Origin: a virus
Length of the DNA: 64,000 nt
Strand: one strand, 5' to 3'
Virus record (IMG/VR): IMGVR_UViG_3300004481_000388
Location: 1 to 64,000 of that record
Below, one piece after another: positions 52,461 to 61,564 of the stretch; within the stretch, counting starts at the first letter, position 1, and every line of letters starts with the position of its first letter. The notes beneath the pieces were generated by a model. It searched no databases. It was not told the origin of the DNA and worked only from the letters and a program-made list of their open reading frames with translations. A program made the translations under genes and the position numbers.

Positions 52461-53117
52461 ATGTTAGATCGTAGAACTTTTCTTTTAGGTACTATTCCTA
52501 TTACCTTAGCCTTTGTCGCACCTTTATGTGACAAGAGGGGTGGAGTTAAGCCTAGCGAACAACTCACAGCCGCTCGTGCATTTGCTATATTCCCTGTAGC
52601 TCTAGGCGCAGCGAGTGAGGTCATTGAGGTATTGGAGGGGGATAAGGATTGGACAGCCACACAAGCTAGTAAGGCTAATAGGCTGTTAGATGGTGTGTTG
52701 GTGAAGATGGACACGGCTTTTTCTCTCATTACAAGTGGGAAGTTTGATGTTGATACAGTGAGACAACTACTCACAAGTATCCTGGATACGCTTGAGCAGG
52801 GGGTGAAGGATGGAACGTTAGGGGTGAAGAACCCCACTAAGCAACTCTACTTCTCCTCTCTCATTACAGCAGCTAGATCAGTTATCACAAGTATCTATAC
52901 GGTAGCTGATGCACTACAGCCATTACCAAAGGAGATGGAGACGGCACGGGCGCAGGAATCCCTCACGGCAGGGGGTGTGGCGGCTATCGTATCTATCATA
53001 GCCGCAGCGACGGTTGAGATTAAAATTACTCGTGATGAAACGAACGTGAAAGAGTTACAACGTAGGACTAAGGAGAAAAGTGAGGGTGTGCACGCGGTGT
53101 TGAGAAGTCGGTTTTAA
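52461..53117 (+). CDS. hypothetical exported protein (Tat-type signal, possible lipoprotein)
   Basis: 218 aa. N-terminus MLDRRTFLLGTIPITLAFVAPLCDK. Confidence 0.55.
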   Translation: MLDRRTFLLGTIPITLAFVAPLCDKRGGVKPSEQLTAARAFAIFPVALGAASEVIEVLEGDKDWTATQASKANRLLDGVLVKMDTAFSLITSGKFDVDTVRQLLTSILDTLEQGVKDGTLGVKNPTKQLYFSSLITAARSVITSIYTVADALQPLPKEMETARAQESLTAGGVAAIVSIIAAATVEIKITRDETNVKELQRRTKEKSEGVHAVLRSRF

Positions 53118-53229
53118 GGTGGATAATACTACCCGTTTGTGGTAGTATCTCATTGGCAAGCAGACAAAGCAGATACCATACGATGCTTTTTTATCATCTC
53201 CAAAACTCCTTACGGGGAGACTCCTTACG

Positions 53230-53260
53230 GGGAGGAGGAATAAAACCCTCCTCCCTTTTT
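53230..53260 (+). terminator. intrinsic terminator
   Basis: GGGAGGAGG-aataaaac-CCTCCTCCC followed by TTTTT, preceded by the tandem ACTCCTTACGGGGAG x2. Confidence 0.7.
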
Positions 53261-53285
53261 CTTACCCATATATAGGTATAGAAAT

Positions 53286-54719
53286 ATGCAAGGCTACACA
53301 TTCACTCAAACAGTCTCCCAAGTACGTGCCTTACTAGCGGAACGCCTTAATGACCCTTCAATGACTTTCTTCTCTAGTGAGGAATTGACGTTCTATCTAC
53401 AAGAGGCATTAGAGACGTTCAATACACACGCACGCTACTTTCGTACCTTCTCTTCCCTCTCTGTAGCTGCTAATACACAATTCACGTCTCTCCAACTCGC
53501 TAGTTCCTTGGACGAGACTAACGCGCCCTTTATTCCACTAGACAACTACCAATTCTCAGGGCAGCAAGTTCTCAAGTCCCTCCTCTTACATTTAATGGAG
53601 TCACAATCTACCTCTACCATCCCCACACGCACTGGGCACATCTCTGATAACCAGCTTATCTCATGCCTAAACCAAGCGTGTGACAGATTCGCCCAAGAAT
53701 CCCAAGCGTTCATCTATCGTACTGCTACCATATCTACAGTAGCAGGGGTAAGGCGTGTCACTCTCCCTGCTGACGTACACGACGTTCAGCGTATCGAACT
53801 CACTACCATTGACGCTAACGCTCCCATATACATAGTACAGCGGATTACTAAGGACGAGTTAGACAAACTCCTACCCTCTCTCAACACACAAGTAGGGAGG
53901 CCACGTTACTTTACCGTCTCCAATACCCCGGTGCGTAACCTCGATCTCTACCCCACGCCTGATGATACCTACCCCTTAGGTATCTATAGCGTAAACAATC
54001 TAACACACCTAACCCCATATACAACAGGGCTATTCACAGCCGATGAAACCCTTACCTATCCCCGTCAGTGGTGGCCTGCTGTGAAGTTCCTAACCCTCCA
54101 CCTTATATACTCCTTTGACGGCCCACTAAAACACCCTCAACTCTCTGACTACTGCCGTCAAAGATACGAACAATACCTCCTTCTATCGCGCTCGTGGCAC
54201 CCTATCGAACACGCTTATCACAACGGCGCACTCCTCGACGTATGTGGGGTGGAGGAACTGGACTTCCTAGACCCACGGTGGCGCAACCCTACAAACTCCA
54301 CTAGCCCCGTCAAAAAACTCGCGCTACTAGGGCAGAACCTTGTCTTCTTACGTCGCAAGAACGGTGCAACCCCAATCACCCTAACCTTTGACCTAATCCC
54401 CCTAGCTCCCTCACTTACAGCTAACGATCAAATGTTCCCAGTCGGGGAAGACTATCTCTCCTACGTCTTAGACTATGCACAACACATCGCCACTATAAAG
54501 ATGGGAGGTGTGGAGTTCACTACCACCCTACCCCTCTATCAAAACTTCCTTCGTGGATGTGCGAGAGTTAACGACAAGCTCCAACTTGGCGCACTCAGGA
54601 AGGTGATGAATAGTGAGGTAGCGGTAGGACAAAAGCCCCGTAGAACAGATGGACGTGAGGGGTTAGTTCCCACAACCACGTCACAGGAGCAAGATAGCCC
54701 TCAATACGCCCCTCAATAG
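53286..54719 (+). CDS. hypothetical virion/tail-module protein
   Basis: 477-aa ORF. Confidence 0.6.
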   Translation: MQGYTFTQTVSQVRALLAERLNDPSMTFFSSEELTFYLQEALETFNTHARYFRTFSSLSVAANTQFTSLQLASSLDETNAPFIPLDNYQFSGQQVLKSLLLHLMESQSTSTIPTRTGHISDNQLISCLNQACDRFAQESQAFIYRTATISTVAGVRRVTLPADVHDVQRIELTTIDANAPIYIVQRITKDELDKLLPSLNTQVGRPRYFTVSNTPVRNLDLYPTPDDTYPLGIYSVNNLTHLTPYTTGLFTADETLTYPRQWWPAVKFLTLHLIYSFDGPLKHPQLSDYCRQRYEQYLLLSRSWHPIEHAYHNGALLDVCGVEELDFLDPRWRNPTNSTSPVKKLALLGQNLVFLRRKNGATPITLTFDLIPLAPSLTANDQMFPVGEDYLSYVLDYAQHIATIKMGGVEFTTTLPLYQNFLRGCARVNDKLQLGALRKVMNSEVAVGQKPRRTDGREGLVPTTTSQEQDSPQYAPQ

Positions 54720-54740
54720 CCCCTAGCCTGCCCCACAATA

Positions 54741-54757
54741 TGTAAACTAGGTTGACA
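54741..54757 (+). repeat. 17-bp phage repeat, type A copy
   Basis: TGTAAACTAGGTTGACA, only 3 nt before ATG 54761 with no SD in between. Confidence 0.9.
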
Positions 54758-54760
54758 CTT

Positions 54761-57700
54761 ATGGCACAGTTTAACGATACTCCTCCTCAAAGTTACCGTT
54801 TTGGTGTTGGTGGAATGCAAGTCTCCCGTGCTCTCGAATTACTAGAGGAGCATAAGATAGCTTACGGGCGTAATATTCGTAACTACAAAACTGGGGAGAT
54901 ACGCCCCCGTCCAGGGTTAGGCACTTCTCTTTTCAACGGTGCATTAGGAACCACTACCATCCATACGCTACGACGGTTTAATGATCCTACGAGTAACGCC
55001 TACTTTTACATCATCGGCGCGGGAGATAAACTCTATACGCTAAATGAATCTGCTATCCCAGGTGCAGAGTTAGCTAGTGGGTTTAGTGGCTTGCCCTTAC
55101 AACTAGCTTTCATACGCCCCTATCGTAGTGCGTATAACTGGGCGTACATCTCCGACTCTGCTCGTATGGTAAAGATTGGCCCAGCACAGCAGCTACAAAA
55201 CTGGTCTATCCAACCCCTCACTACCCCCCTGAGCGTTCTCTTGGGCACGTTAAACTTCAAAACCATCTCTGATTTTGACAGTACGGGGTCATGGGCGAAT
55301 ACAGGTACAGCGGGGGCGCTAAGCGTGTCTACTCGCATCTCTTTCACCATCCCAGCCTCGTCTATCCTATACGACGTGGGCTCGACAGGGTGGGCGAATA
55401 TAATCCCCACAACCCTAGATGATAACTTCCAACCCGGTGTCTCACTCGTTTATAACAGCGGAGGAGGTACAGAAGAGCGTGCACTTATCTCTCAGGTGTT
55501 TAAGGCTAGTGGCTCGACTACCGTAAAAGCGATACGATATGACTCAGGATCAACGGGACGATGTATTATCCAACTCGAAAACCCGTATGACATGGTTCTC
55601 GAAAAGGACGGTACGGTTAAGCTCACTACCTCAGGAGGCGCGTCTAGTGAGTTCTGCCGGATTATAGACGTAATCTCATCTCCCATAAATAAACCAGCGA
55701 TAATTGTGTCAACCACGTTGACGCATACTACCTCATCTACGTGTGAGGCTGTACGCTCCTATCGCACATACCTACAAAACACGCACGCGGCGGGGGAAAC
55801 AGTAGCAGGGAGTTATATGAGGTCTACAGTGAGTAGTGGGACTGGGTATATTACGCTCACTACCTCTCTCGACCTCTCAACCTCTTCTACGCCCGCTGTC
55901 TCCCCCTTTTGTGACCGTGACACAATACACTTATCTATTAGGGTAAGTAACCCTGCGAATATTACTGAAATCATTCTACAGTTAGACGTTGATAGGGCGA
56001 CTAATGACTTCACGAAGAACTACTATCAATATACGATTCAGCCAGCCGCGTTAACAACAAGCGCGACGGCACTAACGGCAGCACAGGTGGATTTACAAAG
56101 AGAGCAGATACTTGTAGGGTATAGGGTACCTGATAACTACTCATCCTATTACGATTACGATAGGAGTTATGGGTATGATGGGAATAATTACTACTCAGGG
56201 TCGCCTGGGCAAGTAGACTACTCTCTTCGCTCCCCCCAAGGCGCGTATCAGGAACCAGTCTACGAATACGGCACGATCTCTAACCCATCAGGTGTGAGTG
56301 ACGCGGCTACGGGAAGTAGTCAGTGGACGGAACTTGTAGTGCGCCTATCGGACTTCAAGCGTATTGGTAGTGACACGTCTCGTGGGTGGAAGGATGTAGC
56401 AGCGTTACAGGTTAAGGTGGTGTGTACTGCGAGTGTAGACGTGGATATAGACTCGTGGTATATCGGGGGAACGGGGCAACTCAATAACGCGAATATAGGG
56501 CAACCTATTAACTACGTAGCGACGTGCTATAACGACCTCACTGGCGATGAGTCCCTACCCTGCCCACCACTTCGTAGCGGGTTGAAGGTGAATCTCGCTA
56601 CTGCCACCCTCACTATTACACAATCACTAGACACACAAGTAACGAGGTATAAGTTCTATCGTATTGGAGGGCTACTTAACCAATTTACATACATAGGGAG
56701 CGTACCTCATAAGAACGCATCTTCCACCACTACGTTCATAGATAACTTCCCTGATGAGGACGTAGTAGCTAACCCCCCACTGTCTCGTGACAATTACCCC
56801 GTCTTTCCCCAACTAGACATTCCTCGTAGTGGCACAGCTACCATCGTAGGTAACATCCTCACTAGAACAGGAGGCACAGACACTTTCAACACTTCATGGG
56901 CGGCAGGCTCACGTATTACCATTACAGACGAATCAACTGGCCTTTCATTCGACACCAACCTATACTCCTCCCCTATCTCCACTACTCTCGTGGAACTAGA
57001 AGAGAGCTTACCATTCACATCTGCTACGTCTCTGAAATGGAAAATAAATGAGCCTGTCTTACTTGGGCAACCTGTGCGTGCGATCTTTGGCCCCTACACC
57101 TCAGGGCTAGACCTCCCTGTTATATTCGGCCTAGGGTGTATGTATCAGGCAGGTACGCTGTTTTGGACGAACAAGGGAATGCCTGGAAGCGCGTCTCTCA
57201 ATAACCAAGTAGAGGTAACTACGCCCGAAGAACCACTAATAGGTGGCTTTTTGTATGATACACAAGCATTCGTCTTCTCCACCGAACGACTCTTTCATAT
57301 CACGCAAGTTCCTACCGAGGATGGGTCGCTGATGTTCCAGCCGAACGAGGTGGCTAATTCTAAGGGGCTTATCTCCCCTTCATGTGTATCGGTAGGTCAA
57401 GTAGCAGTGTTCGTAGGGAAGGATGGAGTTTACGTAACTACCGGGGGGCAACCTCGTAGTATCACAGACCGTGATCTCTACACCATATTCCCACATGACT
57501 CACAAGCGGGTGTTGCTAGTGGCCCACAGAATGAACTCCTCCCACTAGACCTCTCTCTAGCCTCATCGTTCCATCTCACTCATCATAACGACTTCTTCTA
57601 CCTATCGTACATAAACACGTCTGCCCAGCGCCGCATCCTCGTGTTCGACGTATCCAAAATAATCAGTGGGCTGGCTACGACGGATGATGTAGGGGGATGG

Positions 57701-58804
57701 GTGAGTATTGACGACTACACTCCACAAGTTAACTTCCTCTATTCCGAAGAAGGTGTCACTAACCCACTACTCCTAGCCGCTGGGAACGACGGGAAGGTGT
57801 ATGTACTAAACGCTTCTACTGACGTTGGTGGCGCGTTCACTTGGGAGGTAGAGTCACGAGGGTTCAACCTTGGCGCTCCTGACACCATCAAAACCTTATC
57901 AGCAGTGGGTGTGAAGGCTAAACCTAACGGCGCTACTATCACTACTAGAGTACGTATCAACAACCTCACTACTACGACTTCTCTGGGTACGTTCACAGGC
58001 ACGGACGATGCCTGGTACAAGGTATCTACTGACACAACTGATGGAGATATAGTATGTGATTCTTACTCCATCCGTCTAAGTGGAACCTCACACGCTACAC
58101 AAGTCCCTACCCTCCTGGCTCTCTCCTTTGGTGTAGAGTTAGGTGGGGAAGTTACGGGGGTAGCGTGGACTCAGAGGGATAACTTAGGGGATAGTGGGGC
58201 GAAATGGGTACAAGGGGTAGAGGTTGAGGCGAATACTAATGGCGTGAATAAACAATACACGATCATCTATGACGATAATCAAACAGGCCCTACGATCACA
58301 CTTAACCACGCTTCACGGTCAATCAAGCCCTACACCTTCACGCCCTTTATCGCTCATACCATACGTCTCCAACCCCTCACTGCCACAAAGATAGAGTTGT
58401 ATGATATGCGCTGGATATGGGAACCGGAACCAGATTTAGCACGTAATTGGGTGCCACAACCCACTTCCTTCGACATCCCCGGCTGGCATCATATACGCTC
58501 GTGCTTCATCGCTCTACGTAGCACCTCTACCGTAACTCTCACAATCGTAGTAAAGGGGGATAACGACTCCTCCCGTACATATACCTACGACATTCCCTCC
58601 ACTTCGGGCGAACATTTACGTGTATATCTCCCGCTTAACTCCATAAAGGGTACTATCACCTCCCTCTCTCTCTCTTCCTCTACTGGCTTTCGTGTGTATC
58701 AAAAGGATATAGAGTTTCACGTAAAACCTTGGGGAAGCAACTCTTCGTATGGTATAATTAAGCCCTTCGGACAAATTAGTAGGATTAAGGGAGCAACTAT
58801 TTAA
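54761..58804 (+). CDS. very large virion structural protein (tail/baseplate-like)
   Basis: Part of ORF 54752..58804, about 1347 aa, T/S/G-rich. No enzymatic motif recognised. Confidence 0.6.
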   Translation: MAQFNDTPPQSYRFGVGGMQVSRALELLEEHKIAYGRNIRNYKTGEIRPRPGLGTSLFNGALGTTTIHTLRRFNDPTSNAYFYIIGAGDKLYTLNESAIPGAELASGFSGLPLQLAFIRPYRSAYNWAYISDSARMVKIGPAQQLQNWSIQPLTTPLSVLLGTLNFKTISDFDSTGSWANTGTAGALSVSTRISFTIPASSILYDVGSTGWANIIPTTLDDNFQPGVSLVYNSGGGTEERALISQVFKASGSTTVKAIRYDSGSTGRCIIQLENPYDMVLEKDGTVKLTTSGGASSEFCRIIDVISSPINKPAIIVSTTLTHTTSSTCEAVRSYRTYLQNTHAAGETVAGSYMRSTVSSGTGYITLTTSLDLSTSSTPAVSPFCDRDTIHLSIRVSNPANITEIILQLDVDRATNDFTKNYYQYTIQPAALTTSATALTAAQVDLQREQILVGYRVPDNYSSYYDYDRSYGYDGNNYYSGSPGQVDYSLRSPQGAYQEPVYEYGTISNPSGVSDAATGSSQWTELVVRLSDFKRIGSDTSRGWKDVAALQVKVVCTASVDVDIDSWYIGGTGQLNNANIGQPINYVATCYNDLTGDESLPCPPLRSGLKVNLATATLTITQSLDTQVTRYKFYRIGGLLNQFTYIGSVPHKNASSTTTFIDNFPDEDVVANPPLSRDNYPVFPQLDIPRSGTATIVGNILTRTGGTDTFNTSWAAGSRITITDESTGLSFDTNLYSSPISTTLVELEESLPFTSATSLKWKINEPVLLGQPVRAIFGPYTSGLDLPVIFGLGCMYQAGTLFWTNKGMPGSASLNNQVEVTTPEEPLIGGFLYDTQAFVFSTERLFHITQVPTEDGSLMFQPNEVANSKGLISPSCVSVGQVAVFVGKDGVYVTTGGQPRSITDRDLYTIFPHDSQAGVASGPQNELLPLDLSLASSFHLTHHNDFFYLSYINTSAQRRILVFDVSKIISGLATTDDVGGWVSIDDYTPQVNFLYSEEGVTNPLLLAAGNDGKVYVLNASTDVGGAFTWEVESRGFNLGAPDTIKTLSAVGVKAKPNGATITTRVRINNLTTTTSLGTFTGTDDAWYKVSTDTTDGDIVCDSYSIRLSGTSHATQVPTLLALSFGVELGGEVTGVAWTQRDNLGDSGAKWVQGVEVEANTNGVNKQYTIIYDDNQTGPTITLNHASRSIKPYTFTPFIAHTIRLQPLTATKIELYDMRWIWEPEPDLARNWVPQPTSFDIPGWHHIRSCFIALRSTSTVTLTIVVKGDNDSSRTYTYDIPSTSGEHLRVYLPLNSIKGTITSLSLSSSTGFRVYQKDIEFHVKPWGSNSSYGIIKPFGQISRIKGATI

Positions 58805-58832
58805 CCTCCCTCACGATAAAAGGAACTAGAAA

Positions 58833-59204
58833 ATGCCAACATCACTCATCACATTCGCTAACGATGCCACGGTACTAGACGTAACCGCAAATACCTTCAA
58901 CCTCTATTCCCTCCTCACAGTAGCAGGGGCTAACCGTGGCTACTCTGCCTCTAAGACGTTTAGTGAGGACGAGATAGGCAAACTAGCCTCTATGGTATTC
59001 CTGGGATGTCCTGATGATTCAGTAAACCTTATCTACGTAGCCGATGACTCAGGGGTAGCCACTACGCACTACTTTAAGAAGCTCAAACCAGATGGGGATA
59101 TGTGGGACGTTACACAATTAGCCAACGCCATCTCACTCAAGAACCTATGGTTTCGCCCAGCAGCTACAGGGAGTAAACTAGCCGTCTATTTTCGTTTCTT
59201 CTAA
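58833..59204 (+). CDS. hypothetical virion-module protein
   Basis: 123-aa ORF, SD AAAGGAA. Confidence 0.6.
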   Translation: MPTSLITFANDATVLDVTANTFNLYSLLTVAGANRGYSASKTFSEDEIGKLASMVFLGCPDDSVNLIYVADDSGVATTHYFKKLKPDGDMWDVTQLANAISLKNLWFRPAATGSKLAVYFRFF

Positions 59205-59229
59205 GCCTATTCACACGTTATTTGTTATC

Positions 59230-59246
59230 TGTAAACTTAGTTGACA
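59230..59246 (+). repeat. 17-bp phage repeat, type A copy
   Basis: TGTAAACTTAGTTGACA followed by TAT, 10 nt before ATG 59257 with no SD. Confidence 0.9.
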
Positions 59247-59256
59247 TATTCTCTAT

Positions 59257-59724
59257 ATGAGTACCTATATTCCCCCCAAACACGGCTTTACTGACGAAAC
59301 ATACCGCGTCATCTTAGAGTTGTCGAAGAGGGTAGGTGAGTTGGAGAATAGGTTAAGGGCGCAGGGAAGTGGGGGTGGGAAGGGTGGTGAAAGGGTAGGG
59401 GGGTTGAGTGATAGAGTTAGTATTCCAGCGGCTAGTGATCCTAACGCACAGGCAGCGGTATATGGTATAGGGATCAATCCTAATGTGCCGAATATTAGCA
59501 TTAGTGGTACAGGGGTGGGGGCGGCGTTTGGCACCTCCCCTTCGTTCTCTATGTCTATTAGTAACGCGTCTACGTTTCGTGGTGCTATTAGTGCAGCGGC
59601 TAAGGCGAATCCGGCAATAGTGGCGGCGACTATACCACTGGCGAAGATTACAGGTGGGGGAGTAGATGGAAGTATTACGGTTAATGCAGAGGGGATAGTT
59701 ACGGCGTATGTAGCGCCGACATAA
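59257..59724 (+). CDS. hypothetical G/A-rich virion-module protein
   Basis: 155-aa ORF. Confidence 0.55.
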   Translation: MSTYIPPKHGFTDETYRVILELSKRVGELENRLRAQGSGGGKGGERVGGLSDRVSIPAASDPNAQAAVYGIGINPNVPNISISGTGVGAAFGTSPSFSMSISNASTFRGAISAAAKANPAIVAATIPLAKITGGGVDGSITVNAEGIVTAYVAPT

Positions 59725-59773
59725 CACCTAAAACAATATAGACCCTAAAACAGTATAGATAGGAGTAGATGAA

Positions 59774-59917
59774 ATGATTACATTACACGTACTAAATGAA
59801 TTGTGGTATAGACTGTCTGTAGACAGTGAAAAACCTAATTTATTATTGGTAGATAAAGATGAGATAAGTAAGAGATTGTGCCCTGATACTATAGGTATAG
59901 ATGGGCAGTTTAGATAG
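59774..59917 (+). CDS. 47-aa ORF in an AT-rich insert (below the ORF-track cut-off)
   Basis: ATG follows TAGGAGTAG. Product MITLHVLNELWYRLSVDSEKPNLLLVDKDEISKRLCPDTIGIDGQFR. Confidence 0.35.
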   Translation: MITLHVLNELWYRLSVDSEKPNLLLVDKDEISKRLCPDTIGIDGQFR

Positions 59918-59923
59918 GCAACT

Positions 59924-60034
59924 ATGATAGCAATACCTAAGTTGTGTGAGTTAACTGGTATGGAGGCTATGATGGTTAATTATAAAGCTAACAAAACTGG
60001 CGGCATTAAGAATGGTGATGTAATAGTAATTTAA
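59924..60034 (+). CDS. 36-aa ORF in an AT-rich insert
   Basis: Product MIAIPKLCELTGMEAMMVNYKANKTGGIKNGDVIVI. Confidence 0.25.
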   Translation: MIAIPKLCELTGMEAMMVNYKANKTGGIKNGDVIVI

Positions 60035-60039
60035 GTTCT

Positions 60040-60540
60040 ATGACATACGCACAAGCAGATATGCAACAACCAAAGCCCGAAGTTCTGAAGGTAAGTAATG
60101 GGGTACGATACGTCCTACTCCCAGGCTCATTGAATCACCTAGCCCAGTTCCCCGATGACCCCATCATCTTCCCACAGGAGTTCCTTATACTCGCGGCGTT
60201 TAATGAAGTGGGCGAGTTATTAGGGAGGACAATGTGGGTTAACCTTCCTCATATTGAGGGGACACAGGTGAGGGAGGATATGGAGGGGACTAGGGTAGCG
60301 TATAATCTAGTCTCTTTGATTGAGGAGCAGATAAAGAGTAGCGGTAGAGATTATACGTGGGCATTTGTGCAGGATGGGGACTTGGACGTAGAGAATTATA
60401 TGTCACGATTAGGATACTTAAAAGTACCTATTCAAGTATGGGTAAAAAATAATAGAGATGAGGGAAATGAGGAAGTGAAGAAGATGATACGTGATGCTAA
60501 TAAAGCTATAAGGAAAAAACGTAAGAAAGAGGGTAGATAA
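60040..60540 (+). CDS. GNAT-like acetyltransferase-fold protein (tentative)
   Basis: 166 aa. Beta4-motif A-like IEGTQVREDMEGTRVAYNLV and a C-terminal ENYMSRLGYLKV pattern. AT-rich, unlike its neighbours. Confidence 0.4.
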   Translation: MTYAQADMQQPKPEVLKVSNGVRYVLLPGSLNHLAQFPDDPIIFPQEFLILAAFNEVGELLGRTMWVNLPHIEGTQVREDMEGTRVAYNLVSLIEEQIKSSGRDYTWAFVQDGDLDVENYMSRLGYLKVPIQVWVKNNRDEGNEEVKKMIRDANKAIRKKRKKEGR

Positions 60541-60542
60541 TC

Positions 60543-61256
60543 ATGCCAGTTTTACCATTCATTCCAGCAATCGTAGGAGGAGTTACTTCCGTCGTTAGTG
60601 CGGTGAAGAACTCGAACGCACAGAAGAAGCAACTCGCACTACAGCAACAGGCAGTTGATAAGCAGAACCAAGTGATAGATCAACAGATGGAAGGCTCTAA
60701 GTTAGCATACGACTACGCTAAAGAGTTCTTTCCTAAGATCAACGAATACCTCTCCCCTGTAGGTAATCGCGCTAAACGTATCTTCACTGGGGACGCTACA
60801 GCGATTAACGAAGAGATACGCCCTGAAATGGACAACTATCTCAATTCGGTGAGGCAACAGGAACAATATCTCAACGCTTACTCCTCTCGTGGCACTACAG
60901 GCACGAGACTTATTGATTCGTTCTTTCGTAAAAGTGCTGATGTAGCAAATATGCGCTCACAAGCACGTTCAAACGCCGGGAACACGCTACAGAACTTAGG
61001 CTCTATCTATGCCAACATCGCTAGTGCTAACCTTGCCAACGCTAGTGGTTCATCGGCTAGTGCTAGTAACGCCTTAACCGCGCAACAGTCTATTGCAGCG
61101 GGGCAACTAAACTCGCTCAGGAGTGAGGGGCAAGGAATTGGTAGGTCTATAGGCCAGCTACTAGGCTTGTTTAACTGGCGAGCGAAATCCCTAGGGGACT
61201 TCTTCGGTACGAGTGGGAGTAGTGGACGGCCAAGAGTGGTGGGTAGTGGTGGGTAG
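60543..61256 (+). CDS. internal virion/ejection-type protein (candidate)
   Basis: 237 aa. Hydrophobic N-terminus MPVLPFIPAIVGGVTSVVSAV, then Q/N/S/A-rich. Confidence 0.5.
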   Translation: MPVLPFIPAIVGGVTSVVSAVKNSNAQKKQLALQQQAVDKQNQVIDQQMEGSKLAYDYAKEFFPKINEYLSPVGNRAKRIFTGDATAINEEIRPEMDNYLNSVRQQEQYLNAYSSRGTTGTRLIDSFFRKSADVANMRSQARSNAGNTLQNLGSIYANIASANLANASGSSASASNALTAQQSIAAGQLNSLRSEGQGIGRSIGQLLGLFNWRAKSLGDFFGTSGSSGRPRVVGSGG

Positions 61257-61301
61257 TGGTGGTGGTATAGATAATGGTGGGGTGTATGTCGGGGAGTAAA
61301 A

Positions 61302-61320
61302 CGTAAACTTGAGTATGACA
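61302..61320 (+). repeat. 19-bp phage repeat, type B copy
   Basis: CGTAAACTTGAGTATGACA followed by CTTTT, 20 nt before ATG 61341. Confidence 0.85.
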
Positions 61321-61340
61321 CTTTTGTAAGGTAGGTAGAG

Positions 61341-61550
61341 ATGGAACAAGTAAGAGAGAAGATAGATTTGAGTAATAAGGGTAGAGAGGACTGGACAAGT
61401 GAGGAGAAAGCGACTGTCTCCTCGTGGAGTATATCTAAGTGTAGTCATTGTAGCTGTCCCTATCTACGAGTTAACTATATGGGGCCAACCTACCTCAGAT
61501 ACGCGTGTAATAATTGTCACAACCTTACTGTGTTGGTAGGTAACGAATAG
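61341..61550 (+). CDS. small zinc-ribbon protein
   Basis: 69 aa, CSHCSC...CNNCHN. Confidence 0.5.
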   Translation: MEQVREKIDLSNKGREDWTSEEKATVSSWSISKCSHCSCPYLRVNYMGPTYLRYACNNCHNLTVLVGNE

Positions 61551-61564
61551 AATAGGAGAAATTT

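Noticed and set aside
54761-58804. The 1347-aa protein, or another large ORF, as a virion RNA polymerase that would read the repeat
   Set aside because: I found no DxDGD/NADFDGD-type metal-binding loop and no T7-like polymerase motifs. The nearest match, TDTTDGD, has the wrong spacing. Composition is that of a structural beta-rich protein.
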